From a virus (lineage: Duplodnaviria > Caudoviricetes), in IMG/VR virus record IMGVR_UViG_3300048898_000081, positions 1-60,666 of that record: a DNA stretch of 60,666 nt; one strand, given 5' to 3'. Under the pieces are notes generated by a model, which was not told the DNA's origin, did no database searches, and saw only the letters and a list, made by a program, of their open reading frames with translations. How positions within the stretch are numbered: the first letter of the stretch is position 1; each line of letters opens with the position of its first letter. Made by a program: the position numbers and the translations under genes. Below are positions 28,048-38,649 of the stretch, one piece after another.

Positions 28048-29166
28048 ATGGAAGCTACAGCATTAAAAGTCGAGACCATAGACCAGAATACGCCGCTCCC
28101 GACAGGCCAAGACCCGATGGAAATTCGGTGGTACATCAACCCGATCGTGAGAGACAAGCTGATCGACAACATTCAAGCCGGCTTTTCGTGGCTCGAATTC
28201 GGCAAGTTTTCTCAGGCCAAGTATTTCGACATTCCGGAAGAACTTCACACGATCGACGACAACCCGAATCTGCCGCGTGAACACATGGTCAGAAAGTCCG
28301 CCGAGTCGGTTCAGATGTATCTCGAATCGGTCGCGGGCGGAAAGACCTTTAACGGGCATCCGGACCCGCAAAAGACGAATTGGGGCATCCAGTTCGCGTT
28401 TTACGGCGAGAAGGATGTCGCGAAAATGGCGGTGCTCGACTCGGTGCTGTTGCCGAATTTGTCGGATGCGAGGCGCCATGCCGCAGCTTTGGGTCTGACA
28501 TCGCCTATCGGTGCTAAGTGTCCGAGCGAGGACCCGCTTGAAGACCGCGAGACATGTCCGACGTGCTGGCTCAAATGGGTCGAATCGGATGCGTGTCAAG
28601 CCCGAATGGCCGAGATCGCCGCGCAGGGCGTTCCGGTCGAGGTTTACGATCGCGGGACCAACGAAACGACTACTCGTGTGGTAGCTCCGTCGATGGCCGA
28701 GCTCGAAAGCGGCCGCCAAGTCGTGCTAGCCGCTCTCCAAACGGGCCTCAAGGCCGCTCGCGAGACGTGGAACACGGTTGCGGTCGAGGTCAGAGAAAAA
28801 TCCCGCAAGGCCCCCGACCGCTATCAGGACAACATCCGCAAGGACGTTCATGCGGATCGTCCGGCAGAAGACCAGTTGAATCAGATCCGAGAACTCGCAA
28901 GAGTCCAGAACACGGGTTCGGGCGATAACAGCGCCGTTATGGAGCGTGTTGTCGGCGTCCTTGACCGCATTGATCAGAGGCTTTCGAAGCTTGAGGGCAA
29001 CCCTGAGCCGCAGGCCCAAACAGGCGTCGATTTCGGCCCTTACGGCCAATGTCAGGTCATCAAGGCCGACGATACCCAATGCAGAAACAGGGCCGAAGCG
29101 AACGGGGCATGTAAGAACCCCGCTCACCAGGCGAAGATCGCTGAAAGTGAGGAAACGGTCAATTGA
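28048..29166 (+). CDS. hypothetical protein with C-terminal CxxxKxDxxQC...CxxxxH zinc finger
   Basis: AGGAG RBS; motifs. Confidence 0.7.
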   Translation: MEATALKVETIDQNTPLPTGQDPMEIRWYINPIVRDKLIDNIQAGFSWLEFGKFSQAKYFDIPEELHTIDDNPNLPREHMVRKSAESVQMYLESVAGGKTFNGHPDPQKTNWGIQFAFYGEKDVAKMAVLDSVLLPNLSDARRHAAALGLTSPIGAKCPSEDPLEDRETCPTCWLKWVESDACQARMAEIAAQGVPVEVYDRGTNETTTRVVAPSMAELESGRQVVLAALQTGLKAARETWNTVAVEVREKSRKAPDRYQDNIRKDVHADRPAEDQLNQIRELARVQNTGSGDNSAVMERVVGVLDRIDQRLSKLEGNPEPQAQTGVDFGPYGQCQVIKADDTQCRNRAEANGACKNPAHQAKIAESEETVN

Positions 29167-29954
29167 GCGTATCTCTCGGACAATTAGATAATCGAGTATT
29201 TCAGGAGTTGTACGCAGCTTCTGAATACTTGATTTTGGACGACATTCATAATGCCGTCGTCCAAGAGTTGAACATCCGAACGATGCAATCGCGGACCTCG
29301 GACATCAACGTTTTGCTCGGGACATCCGCCGAATTTACCGCCGATGTCATCCCCTACGATGTCACAAGCCTGATCGGAAAAGCGGTGCCATGCTGGGTGG
29401 AAACTCAGGCCATTGTCCAAAACAGCATGACGTGGTGGTATCCGATCCGATCGGTCAATCTCGCCCAATTCAACGACTATCAACGAATGGGAACACTCGC
29501 AGCCGCATTTCATGGCGACGAGACTAGTTCCGACACGGCCCAGCCGGTCCAGTATTTGTCATTGACGTTTCTGACGGGCTGCCCGATGCGAATCCGCTTT
29601 GACCGCGACAGTCAGAGAATCGCGATGGACGCCGACCAGATCATTCCCGACAACATCTCGGAACTTGTGGTCCTCGGTGCCCAGCAACGGCTTATTCCAC
29701 GGATCAAGATCAAGCTGGCAATGAGGCTTCGCAACGATGAAGTAGGGCGAGCGATCGCACCGGTCGTCATGGGAGCCCTCGACCAGCTTTACGCCCAGAA
29801 TTCGCTTGATATGCGTCCCCTTGAAGCTCAATGGCGTGTTTGGGCATTTAGAGACCGGGGGGCCAACACCGCATTCAACAAACCGACGCCGAGTGGAGCC
29901 AATCTTTATCCGGGCGGTCGAAATAATACGTGGGGAGGTTACGGCAGTTGGTAG
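29163..29954 (+). CDS. putative head-tail adaptor
   Basis: TTG start; position; IPDNISELVVLGA adaptor-like motif. Confidence 0.55.
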   Translation: MSVSLGQLDNRVFQELYAASEYLILDDIHNAVVQELNIRTMQSRTSDINVLLGTSAEFTADVIPYDVTSLIGKAVPCWVETQAIVQNSMTWWYPIRSVNLAQFNDYQRMGTLAAAFHGDETSSDTAQPVQYLSLTFLTGCPMRIRFDRDSQRIAMDADQIIPDNISELVVLGAQQRLIPRIKIKLAMRLRNDEVGRAIAPVVMGALDQLYAQNSLDMRPLEAQWRVWAFRDRGANTAFNKPTPSGANLYPGGRNNTWGGYGSW

Positions 29955-29957
29955 CGT

Positions 29958-30869
29958 ATGGCCTACGTAGTCGCAGACTTTACAGCCGTCAAAGATCGCC
30001 TGATATCGCTTCTGGGGGCGAATCCCGGCGTGTGGACATCGACCGTCTCGGGATTTGTCGGAGCTTTCCCCTCGAACAGTGAGATCCAGCAGGCCTGCCT
30101 TGAAGCCGACTCTATTGTTGCCGTTCAAGGATACGCACAGTCCGCCAACGATTCTCTTGCAAATCCATTTCAGGTCACGACCGCACCGTCAGCCAGCCGC
30201 GATCCGGTTCCGTTTCATCACGGCGAACTGAGCAAGGTCGAGGTTGCGCAAAGCACGCAGAATTTCACAACGATCAGCCTGTCAAATGTCATCCCTTTGA
30301 CCGCTCACGGTCTTACGACAGGACAACTTGTGTCGTTCATTACGACCGGCGTATTGCCGACGGGCCTCTCGCTGCTCACGAACTATTACGTTATCCGGCT
30401 GACCGTCGACACCATCTCGGTAGCTACCAGCCTCCAAAACGCCCTCGCCGGCATCGCCGTCACTATCAGCATTTCGACCGGTTCCGGGATCCACACGATA
30501 ATCGCGTGGCAAGTAGGCGTCGAGGCTCGGAACATGGACGAGATCACGAATGCCACGAACGGAGTGGCCGCCTATGTCGGGGGCGGAACTGACGACGGTT
30601 CTTATGATTTTCTCTACAAGCCGGCCGATGGATTGCTTTATACGCTCGCGACCTATTGGCGGGCGACATATTTCGAGTACACGCAGACCTCAGACCTCCA
30701 ATGCAATCAGAACGAGACGTGGCTGATCGTATTCACCGCGGCAGCGATCCTCGCAAAGAATGCAAGTCCGGCTTTGTTCGCGTTATACGACGGCTATAGC
30801 CAGCGCGGATTGAGTCAACTGAAAATTGACGGAATGTACGCAGTTCAGACTAACGAGTTACCAAACTAA
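29958..30869 (+). CDS. virion adaptor-like protein with inserted FCCH-like beta domain
   Basis: AHGLTTG...LPTGL...YYVI insertion. Confidence 0.6.
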   Translation: MAYVVADFTAVKDRLISLLGANPGVWTSTVSGFVGAFPSNSEIQQACLEADSIVAVQGYAQSANDSLANPFQVTTAPSASRDPVPFHHGELSKVEVAQSTQNFTTISLSNVIPLTAHGLTTGQLVSFITTGVLPTGLSLLTNYYVIRLTVDTISVATSLQNALAGIAVTISISTGSGIHTIIAWQVGVEARNMDEITNATNGVAAYVGGGTDDGSYDFLYKPADGLLYTLATYWRATYFEYTQTSDLQCNQNETWLIVFTAAAILAKNASPALFALYDGYSQRGLSQLKIDGMYAVQTNELPN

Positions 30870-32029
30870 TGACACTTACCGCGGACATTTGTAGTGAGAT
30901 CATAAGGCAGCGACTTGGTGCGACCGACGATTCGATCGGGGCCAAGGTGATCACGCAGATCCCGCAGGCTCTTAAAAAACTCGGTCGCCTGGCTGCCGCC
31001 GATCCCGCTCTCCGTCCGCTTCTGCAAAGTGAGAAGTCGACGGCTACGCTGGCTCTCGGAACAGGAGCAAAGGTAAGTCTCGCGAACGCTTTCGATAATT
31101 ATCACATCATGCAGGAGTGGATCGATTGCGGACAGATATATCTTCTCGGCCGAGCTTCGGGCATCTGGACATTCAATTCCATCCCCGTTCATGGCGAAAC
31201 CATCGTTGTCAACGGCGTTTCTTTTGCGTTCGTCTATCCGAGTGTTGTCGTGTCCGGAGCGGGCACCAGCAGCGTTAACGGCACGTATGCGTACACCGGG
31301 ACGCATACATCGCAGCCTTTCTGGAATAAAGCAGGGGTATCGCCTACTGTTACGTCCATCTCGACGCCTGACGGGGTAAATTGGAACATCTACGGCAGCC
31401 CGCCGGTCTACAACACGGTTGATATTGCTTTTCCTGTATTCCCATGGCTCGGGACCTGGGCATTAGGTACGGGTTCGAATCCTGCTCCGTTCGTTGCGGA
31501 AGGCTCGTTGACAACCGTTCAGGTCGCCATAGGGGCAACTGTGCAGGAATGTGCGGTAAACTTCGCCGCCGCCCTGAATGCCTCGTCCAATCCCGCTATC
31601 TCGGTCGCGACATATACGGCAGATAACGCCGAAGTGAGCGGGGTGTTTGATACGACCGGCACCGCTGGCAATGCTTTCACGATGGCCGCCAGTTCCGCGG
31701 ATGCTGTGACCGTCTCAGGTTCGACCTTCAGCGGGGGCACAGAGGGCGACACTCAGCTTCAGCGTCTCGCATCGCCCCAGCAGGCGTCTCTTCCTCGTTA
31801 TCTTGATTCCGTATTTACGTATTTTTACGTGCAGGGAGAGATTCTGTACGTCCTGCCGGATACCACAGAGGGCACATTGGTCTTCGGTGTTCCGACCTAT
31901 CCGTTGACTTTGGCCGATATGCCGGATTCGAAGGAGCTTGAGAATCAGTTTCTCGACGTGCTTTACGGACTAGTCGCTCCGCCATACGTTCCTTATTCCA
32001 ACAGGAGAGGGCAACAGCCGGCCGCTTAA
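30869..32029 (+). CDS. virion adaptor-like protein with nested beta-domain insertions
   Basis: GETIVVNGV...GTAGNAFT...SGG domain interrupted by a VSGAG...NGTY module. Confidence 0.6.
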   Translation: MTLTADICSEIIRQRLGATDDSIGAKVITQIPQALKKLGRLAAADPALRPLLQSEKSTATLALGTGAKVSLANAFDNYHIMQEWIDCGQIYLLGRASGIWTFNSIPVHGETIVVNGVSFAFVYPSVVVSGAGTSSVNGTYAYTGTHTSQPFWNKAGVSPTVTSISTPDGVNWNIYGSPPVYNTVDIAFPVFPWLGTWALGTGSNPAPFVAEGSLTTVQVAIGATVQECAVNFAAALNASSNPAISVATYTADNAEVSGVFDTTGTAGNAFTMAASSADAVTVSGSTFSGGTEGDTQLQRLASPQQASLPRYLDSVFTYFYVQGEILYVLPDTTEGTLVFGVPTYPLTLADMPDSKELENQFLDVLYGLVAPPYVPYSNRRGQQPAA

Positions 32030-32355
32030 TGAGCAATTCACTTGACTATACCAATGTCGACATGTTCGTGCCGGGGCTGAGTGCCTGCATTCTGGCGATC
32101 CAGAACAACATTGCCGACGTGGGGAGCCCGTCAAATCTGCTCATTCTGAGTGAAGTGCCCACTGAGCCTATTAACGGAGTAAATGCGACATTCACCACCG
32201 TGCATCCCTTTATTCCGGAAACCGTAGAGGTCATGTTGAACGGTTTGAAACAGCACCAAACGGCAGACTTTAATACCAACGGGGATCGCACGATCATTCT
32301 TGCCGAGTCCCCGGACGCAGGGGAGATCCTGCAGATCAACTATATCAAGCAGTAG
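32029..32355 (+). CDS. virion protein with NGVNxTFT...LNGL domain
   Basis: Paralogous to C-terminus of next gene. Confidence 0.65.
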   Translation: MSNSLDYTNVDMFVPGLSACILAIQNNIADVGSPSNLLILSEVPTEPINGVNATFTTVHPFIPETVEVMLNGLKQHQTADFNTNGDRTIILAESPDAGEILQINYIKQ

Positions 32356-32366
32356 GAGGCACGACT

Positions 32367-33191
32367 ATCGGAACTCAAATTCAAACCAGACAGATCGCCA
32401 CCGGAGCGGTCACGAATAACGAGATCGCCGCAGGTGCGGGTATCGTTTCCTCCAAACTCGCCGATGGTGCCAATTTCATCAAGAAAGACGGCACTGTAGC
32501 GATGACCGCGGCCCTCAATATGGGTTCGCAGGTGATCAATGCGGTGCAAACTCCCTCGGTCGGGACAGATGCCGCAAACAAGAACTACGTTGATACGGCG
32601 ATATCTAACCTGAATTCGCTATTCAAGGCGAAACCGTCCGCTCGGGCGGCGTCGACCGCGAACGTCACGGTATCCAATCCCGGCACCGCTGTATTCGACG
32701 GGGTAACGCTGGCAACCAACGACCGGCTCTTGCTCAAGAACCAGACCGCCCCTGCAGAAAATGGTCTTTACGTGTTCAACGGCTCAGGCGTGGCATTGAC
32801 TCGCGGGTCTGACATGGATATCTGGGCAGAGGTCAACGGAGCGTTTGTCTCGGTCGACGAAGGCACGACGAATGCGGATACGCTTTGGCTCTGCACGTCC
32901 AACGCGGGTGGGACTCTCGGAACCACGGCGATAACGTGGCAACAAATTCCTTCGGCGGCGGGACTGGTCAGTTCGAATTTCGTGACCCGCGAAACCCCTT
33001 CCGGCAGTGTGAACGGCGTGAATGTGACATTTACTCTGGCGAACACCCCGACAGCGGGATCGGAAGAATTGTTTTTGAACGGATTACTGCAAGAACCCGG
33101 AGGAGTAGATTATTCCATCACATCGGCCACGATCACGATGGCCGTAGCTCCATTGACCGGCGAACGGATTCGAGTTAGTTACAGGAAATAA
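32367..33191 (+). CDS. tail-fibre/whisker-like structural protein, probable ATC start
   Basis: DAANKNYVD, DGVTL...DRLLLKNQ...ENGLY motifs; AGGAGG-7nt-ATC extends the 32502 ORF by 45 codons. Confidence 0.75.
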   Translation: MGTQIQTRQIATGAVTNNEIAAGAGIVSSKLADGANFIKKDGTVAMTAALNMGSQVINAVQTPSVGTDAANKNYVDTAISNLNSLFKAKPSARAASTANVTVSNPGTAVFDGVTLATNDRLLLKNQTAPAENGLYVFNGSGVALTRGSDMDIWAEVNGAFVSVDEGTTNADTLWLCTSNAGGTLGTTAITWQQIPSAAGLVSSNFVTRETPSGSVNGVNVTFTLANTPTAGSEELFLNGLLQEPGGVDYSITSATITMAVAPLTGERIRVSYRK

Positions 33192-33556
33192 TGGCCGTCA
33201 CCGCAGACAGACAGCACGTATTCGGCTATCAGACAGGTTCTGGCGGTGCGGTCGCACAGGGAACGTCGAAGGCTACGACGGTCGTTCTCAACAAGCCGTG
33301 CGGCACTATCGCCTTGGTAAATTCGGCATTGGCGGCGGGGGCTATCGTGACGTTTCAGTTGACCAATTCCTTCATCGGGGCGAATGACATCATTGTCGCT
33401 CAACATGATTCGATAGGCACATTCGGGGCGTACACGATCACGCCGAACACTCCAGCCGCGGGCTCCTGTAAGTTTTCGATCCGGAACAATTCAGCAGGCT
33501 CTTTGTCGGAGGCTATCGTTATTCGCTTCGCTATTGTCAAAGGGGTGATCGCATGA
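33191..33556 (+). CDS. small beta-sandwich virion protein
   Basis: GYxTGSGGAVAQGTSKATTVVLNKPCG motif common in phage fibre tips. Confidence 0.7.
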   Translation: MAVTADRQHVFGYQTGSGGAVAQGTSKATTVVLNKPCGTIALVNSALAAGAIVTFQLTNSFIGANDIIVAQHDSIGTFGAYTITPNTPAAGSCKFSIRNNSAGSLSEAIVIRFAIVKGVIA

Positions 33557-34191
33557 CCGAACCAAAACATTCCAAGGGACTCAATGACGAGAACGCATGG
33601 CCTATTCCGGCCAAGTTTCGCGCATCGCTTGATCCTGAAGACAAAGAGGCTCACGAGCGGCTGATCCGCAACGACTCCGAGCAGGCAGACCTCGCGACTC
33701 GCGTCCGGTCGCCTTTCACTCGTACAAATCCCCGCGAAATGCACCGCTCGAAGGCGATGATAACCATTCAGGCCCTGCGTAACGCTGCGATACATGCCGC
33801 TCTGACACCTGATCAGTCCGAACAACTAGCGGAAGCATATGCACTTGTTGGGCGCTACGATCTCGCATCCGAGACGACACTAAAACCTCAGCACCGAAAA
33901 GTTTACGAGAAATATTGGGACGCTGTGTTCCTAAACGACGAAGATTGGTGCAAGCATCCTGCGAGATTCAAGTTCATAAAAGATCGCATCTGGTCGATCC
34001 GCGATAAAAAAGAAGTTCCGATGATGGAGTGCAATATTTGCCATACGATGAACGCGCTCGACGATAGCGAGCATCTGGCCGATCATCGCCAGTCCCAGAC
34101 CCAGCATCGCGGAAAGACAAGCGGGATGAGCATTCAGGAGGCTCAGGCGTATCACGCGAATAGCGTCAAGAAAAACAGTTCGCAGGTTTAA
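33553..34191 (+). CDS. hypothetical protein
   Basis: Coupled ORF; CxH...CNIC. Confidence 0.6.
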   Translation: MTEPKHSKGLNDENAWPIPAKFRASLDPEDKEAHERLIRNDSEQADLATRVRSPFTRTNPREMHRSKAMITIQALRNAAIHAALTPDQSEQLAEAYALVGRYDLASETTLKPQHRKVYEKYWDAVFLNDEDWCKHPARFKFIKDRIWSIRDKKEVPMMECNICHTMNALDDSEHLADHRQSQTQHRGKTSGMSIQEAQAYHANSVKKNSSQV

Positions 34192-34215
34192 TTTCGTGTA
34201 TCGCATCTGCCAGTT

Positions 34216-36990
34216 ATGGACGGGACAGCAAATAATTACCAGCCTATCGCGAGCCTCAATTTTCAAGGCGGTATAAACCCCTCGGCCCCGCTCCTATCCC
34301 CCATGTCCGAACAGGGTCTGTCATCTGACGGGTCTTATAACTGCATTATCGACGGCGATGGTTTCGCGAGGGGATGGAGGGGCGGAACCTCTCAGGGAAC
34401 GAATAGCGGCAGCCGCATCATGTGCAGTTTCGGAAACACTTGGGCCGGGATCGCCTCGCACACATACGCCGACAAGACATTCACAGCACCCGGAGCGGTC
34501 GGAGCGAGCAACACGATCGCCGTCACGAATGCCGATGACTATGTGACCGGACTCTCTTGCCAGGTGTCGACCGCAGGGACTTTGCCAACGGGTTTAGTCG
34601 CCTTAACGACCTATTACATCATTGTCGTCGATTCAGGGCATCTTAAATTCGCATCTTCTCTCGCCAACGCCCTTGCCGGGACCGCAGTCTCAGTCACGGC
34701 CTCGACGGGCTCTGGCACGACCAACATTGACGTGTCGAATTCCGCGGTTGTTGCCTCGGGCAACTTCCTCCAAGACATTGGTCTTTCGCGATGGGGTATC
34801 GGTTCCGGACAGCCGCTCATCGAAGGCGTTCGCGTCCCGGGTTTTGAACTATCGACCAACCTTCAGGTGCAGATCCCATCGGTCGGCGTATATGGACCGC
34901 CAGTCCAAGCGGGTCTTGGGCAGCCATCCGCTCCGACGATCGGCATTATTAACGATTCCGGTCTGATCAATAACTCGATAGCCGCAAAGCTCGAGAGAAG
35001 CCGGCCGTCAACCGGAGCGATCAGTCTTGCAAGCGAATCGAGTGCGGTCATTATTCCGCAGAACAATCGCATTTACGTGCAATTTCCGCTGGCATCGACA
35101 GGGCAGACACACTGGCGGGTGTTTTTCACATTCCAGGGCTTCGGCGGAACCGGCATTTATTATCTCGGAAGCTACAACGGACTTCAGGACATCCCAGAGT
35201 CGGTGGTCGCAGCGGGAGCAGCGGGCGGCGGCGGTGTCGCGGCGTCCGGCTCTTTAGCTTTCGGAGCAAACGCGACGAATGGTGAAACAATAGTCGTAAA
35301 CGGAGTGACGTTTACATTTGTCACGGGTTCAAGTTCCGCAACGAATGTTCATATTGGGGCATCCGCGGGTGCTACGGCCCAGGAGTTCGTCAATGTCCTG
35401 AACGCTTCGGTGGACCCGCTGATCAACGTAGCGGCCTACTCTTACGGTTCCGCGACCTGTTTTATCAGTTACGAAGTTCAGGGCACAGTGGGCAATGCCT
35501 TTACCCTCGCAAACTCATCGGGAGCTCATGTCACGAGGTCTGCGGCGACCCTGACCGGCGGCGTCGACGGCATTAGCCGATCACTCGAATTCAATTTTCA
35601 AGATGGCGACCTGATACCGATCGAAGCAAGCTTCGACGATTACCCGCCGCCTGCGGGAACGAACGGTATCCGGCTGAATACGGTCATGAACATAGTCGGG
35701 TGCTTCTCGGATTCATCGACCGACCCGACAACGACCAGTCCCGGCACCTGCATCGCCGTTTCGAAAGAGAACAATTACGAGTCTTATGTGCCGACGTCGC
35801 TCTTGTATCTACCGGAGCAGGTGGTCGACGTTCAGTCGCGGCCGATCGATGACTACGGCTTTGTCGGGTGCCAGAACTCTATTTCAGCGATCCAATACGT
35901 CGGGAACCGCGGAGACGACCTGCCGAGTTGTACGCTGACCACGATATTGCCCGACATTGGCATTCAGTACCCGTATAACTGGTGTCATTTCAGAGGGCAG
36001 TTACTCATTTACACTGCACAGGGCAATCTTTTGCTGATGGACGAGAACGGCAGTTTTGATACAAGTTTCGCAAAACCCGTGTCAAAATTACTCAGATCGT
36101 TCACGACTCAAGCAACATCCGTCGGTTACGACCCAACAACGGACTCCATCATCGTTCTCAACAATAAAACGCTGCTTGTCTACTCCCTGCAGGCCGGCAT
36201 CTGGCGTCAGATATGGCTTCCGGACTTTGGCATCGTCGGAACGACCCTCTCGGCCATCGGAGCCAAACGGCAGATGTATTTCACTGTCACGAACGGCTCG
36301 ACAAATACCGCATACAGCTACGACACGGCAAGCGTGACCGCTCCACTATCCTTCGTGTCCAATTATCAGAATGCCGGCGGCTCGGTCGTGCGCGACGTCT
36401 ACGAAATGGCGGTTGCGGTCCAAACTGTAGCATCGACCCGCTGCGCCGTTGTTATCAATCAAGACCTGCTTCAGACCGCGTTTCGGCAGATACAGGTGAC
36501 GAACGGGAATGCCAATATCACGAACACGGACGCTAATTTCACGTCCGCGATGGATGGGAAAAAGTTCATCCTGTTCGGGACCAATGCCGGAGGAGCGTCA
36601 ACCGTACTTCTTCAGGGAACCGTTACCTATGTGAATGCGTCAACGTTGACGTTGAGCACCCCACCGGGAGCCACGCTGGTCGACGCGTTGCTATTCCTCG
36701 GGGATTACGCCGCGAGCGTCGCTGTGACCGCTCCGCAGCATATTCCGAATTTCTTTCCGTATGTGGCGGAAATGAGAAGTTACAACGTAGGCGTATGGGT
36801 CCAAGCGACCGCCGGACAACCCGGAAATGTACTGACCTGCGACCTTCTCGGAGCCGTCTACCCCTCAGCGCGTGCGTTATTCGGAAGAGCCGTTGACCCC
36901 GACATAACACCGCCTACGGTACCGGGGAATTTCGCGGGCGAACCGGTTCCGGGCGACGTGGTTTTAACTTGGGACCCTTCAACGGATTAA
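34216..36990 (+). CDS. large tail (nozzle/tubular B-like) protein with two inserted beta domains; ends in the first part of an FN3 domain
   Basis: 924 aa, beta-propeller-like repeats; LNFQGGIN N-terminus; C-terminal DITPPTVPGN...LTWDPSTD. Confidence 0.65.
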   Translation: MDGTANNYQPIASLNFQGGINPSAPLLSPMSEQGLSSDGSYNCIIDGDGFARGWRGGTSQGTNSGSRIMCSFGNTWAGIASHTYADKTFTAPGAVGASNTIAVTNADDYVTGLSCQVSTAGTLPTGLVALTTYYIIVVDSGHLKFASSLANALAGTAVSVTASTGSGTTNIDVSNSAVVASGNFLQDIGLSRWGIGSGQPLIEGVRVPGFELSTNLQVQIPSVGVYGPPVQAGLGQPSAPTIGIINDSGLINNSIAAKLERSRPSTGAISLASESSAVIIPQNNRIYVQFPLASTGQTHWRVFFTFQGFGGTGIYYLGSYNGLQDIPESVVAAGAAGGGGVAASGSLAFGANATNGETIVVNGVTFTFVTGSSSATNVHIGASAGATAQEFVNVLNASVDPLINVAAYSYGSATCFISYEVQGTVGNAFTLANSSGAHVTRSAATLTGGVDGISRSLEFNFQDGDLIPIEASFDDYPPPAGTNGIRLNTVMNIVGCFSDSSTDPTTTSPGTCIAVSKENNYESYVPTSLLYLPEQVVDVQSRPIDDYGFVGCQNSISAIQYVGNRGDDLPSCTLTTILPDIGIQYPYNWCHFRGQLLIYTAQGNLLLMDENGSFDTSFAKPVSKLLRSFTTQATSVGYDPTTDSIIVLNNKTLLVYSLQAGIWRQIWLPDFGIVGTTLSAIGAKRQMYFTVTNGSTNTAYSYDTASVTAPLSFVSNYQNAGGSVVRDVYEMAVAVQTVASTRCAVVINQDLLQTAFRQIQVTNGNANITNTDANFTSAMDGKKFILFGTNAGGASTVLLQGTVTYVNASTLTLSTPPGATLVDALLFLGDYAASVAVTAPQHIPNFFPYVAEMRSYNVGVWVQATAGQPGNVLTCDLLGAVYPSARALFGRAVDPDITPPTVPGNFAGEPVPGDVVLTWDPSTD

Positions 36991-36999
36991 AAACGAACT

Positions 37000-38646
37000 A
37001 TGGCGGTAGCCGGATATCAAATAAGGATCAACGGGGGATCCCCGATCAACGTAGGCAATGTGCTTACGACCACATTGTCTGCCTTGAGAGGCATCAGCCC
37101 GCCCCCGAACGAATCAGACGATTACGAGATCCGTGCGTTTGATAACGCCGTTGTTCCCAACTTCTCGGCATATTCCCCGCTCATCACGGTAAGGGTTCCG
37201 TCGAGTCTTGACGGAGCGAACATCTTCTGTACCGGCAATTCGCTGACGAGAGGATTCGGGGCGAGTGCCGGACAGGACTACCCGTCGCAGTTATTCGATC
37301 TTCTGACAGAAGCGGGCGTCGTAGGCCATACGGTCACGAACGTAGGGCACGACTCACAGACATCTTCTCAACTCAACGTAGAGGCGACGTTCGAGATTGA
37401 TCCTTTTCTCGACCCTGCCCGTCGAAACATTGTCATTTGCAACGAGATCGGCAACGATATTTACTTTAACGGCGATGTAGCCTCTGCTTTAGTCAATTTC
37501 CAAGCTCTTTGCGAGCACTGGGTTGGGAATCCGATACCGGTGGAAGTTGTGGTTTTAGGGCTTGCCGATCGCGGGCTTGACCCGACCATCGGGCCGCCTG
37601 TTCTGACGCCGTTTGGAGACACCCGGACACAGTACAGGACGAAAATGTCGGCCGCTGAGACCCTACTTGAGGCGACAGTCATGGGCTTTACGGGTGTCGT
37701 GGCGTTTTCGCGGCTCTTAAGCGACCCCGCATTAGCGAATTGCCTGAATCTGACGTATTTTTACGCGGATCAGACCCATAATCACGACGCAGGTTACGCG
37801 AGATATGCGGTCAATGGCTACAATGCTCTCGTTGGCATTGACTATACGGACACCTTGCCTCCGCTGATCTCCAGCATCACGGTCGAGAACGCCCATCCAA
37901 ATCAGGTTGTTTTCACCTACAACGAGCGGTTGAACGCGACGAGTATTCCCGCGCCGGGAGACTTCGCCTTTTCAGGCGGTAAAACGGCGACTGCCGTGAG
38001 CATCGCGTTGAACGTTGTCACCGTCACGCTCGATGGGTCATACGATTTTACCTCGACGATAACGGCGTCCTATACGCCCGGGGCAAACAAGATCAAAGAT
38101 CTCTCAGGGAACCTCGCAGCATCACTGTCAAGTCATGCGGTAGTAAACAACATAAACCCCGTCGAGATAGACCTTGTGTTCGAAGATTTTACTTTCATGT
38201 CGCAGGCGGGAACGACGCTAACCGCAGACTTCCCGGTCTCGATCTGGAACCATTTTGCAAAAGCTACATACAAATTGCCCGCTTCGACCGATGGATATAT
38301 CAAGGCTCGCTATCCGCAGGGGAATGGAACGATCCTTGGCTTTAAACTCACGAACGTAGCCTCGTCTTATAGCGGCATTGAATATTACGCATATCAAAGC
38401 GGGGGCGTCTGGTATTACGGCGGCAACGCAAGCCCCACTCCTACCGGCGTGGACTTCGTAAATAACGATTATGTGAAGGTGAGGCGAGTCGCGGGCGTGA
38501 TCTCGGTTTACCGCGAACGGGCCGGCCTCGACCAGCTTATCCACACATTCGGAACCGACAATTCAGAATTATTCATCAACGCAGTAATCGCTTTAGAACA
38601 CGATACGATCGAAGTGCCCGTGGGGGCGAATATTGTCCCGATATAA
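37000..38646 (+). CDS. FN3 C-terminal part + SGNH/GDSL hydrolase + SwmB-like repeat; virion-associated
   Basis: GNSLT, GND, DQTH; FTYNERLN...IKDLSGN. Confidence 0.75.
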   Translation: MAVAGYQIRINGGSPINVGNVLTTTLSALRGISPPPNESDDYEIRAFDNAVVPNFSAYSPLITVRVPSSLDGANIFCTGNSLTRGFGASAGQDYPSQLFDLLTEAGVVGHTVTNVGHDSQTSSQLNVEATFEIDPFLDPARRNIVICNEIGNDIYFNGDVASALVNFQALCEHWVGNPIPVEVVVLGLADRGLDPTIGPPVLTPFGDTRTQYRTKMSAAETLLEATVMGFTGVVAFSRLLSDPALANCLNLTYFYADQTHNHDAGYARYAVNGYNALVGIDYTDTLPPLISSITVENAHPNQVVFTYNERLNATSIPAPGDFAFSGGKTATAVSIALNVVTVTLDGSYDFTSTITASYTPGANKIKDLSGNLAASLSSHAVVNNINPVEIDLVFEDFTFMSQAGTTLTADFPVSIWNHFAKATYKLPASTDGYIKARYPQGNGTILGFKLTNVASSYSGIEYYAYQSGGVWYYGGNASPTPTGVDFVNNDYVKVRRVAGVISVYRERAGLDQLIHTFGTDNSELFINAVIALEHDTIEVPVGANIVPI

Positions 38647-38649
38647 AAT

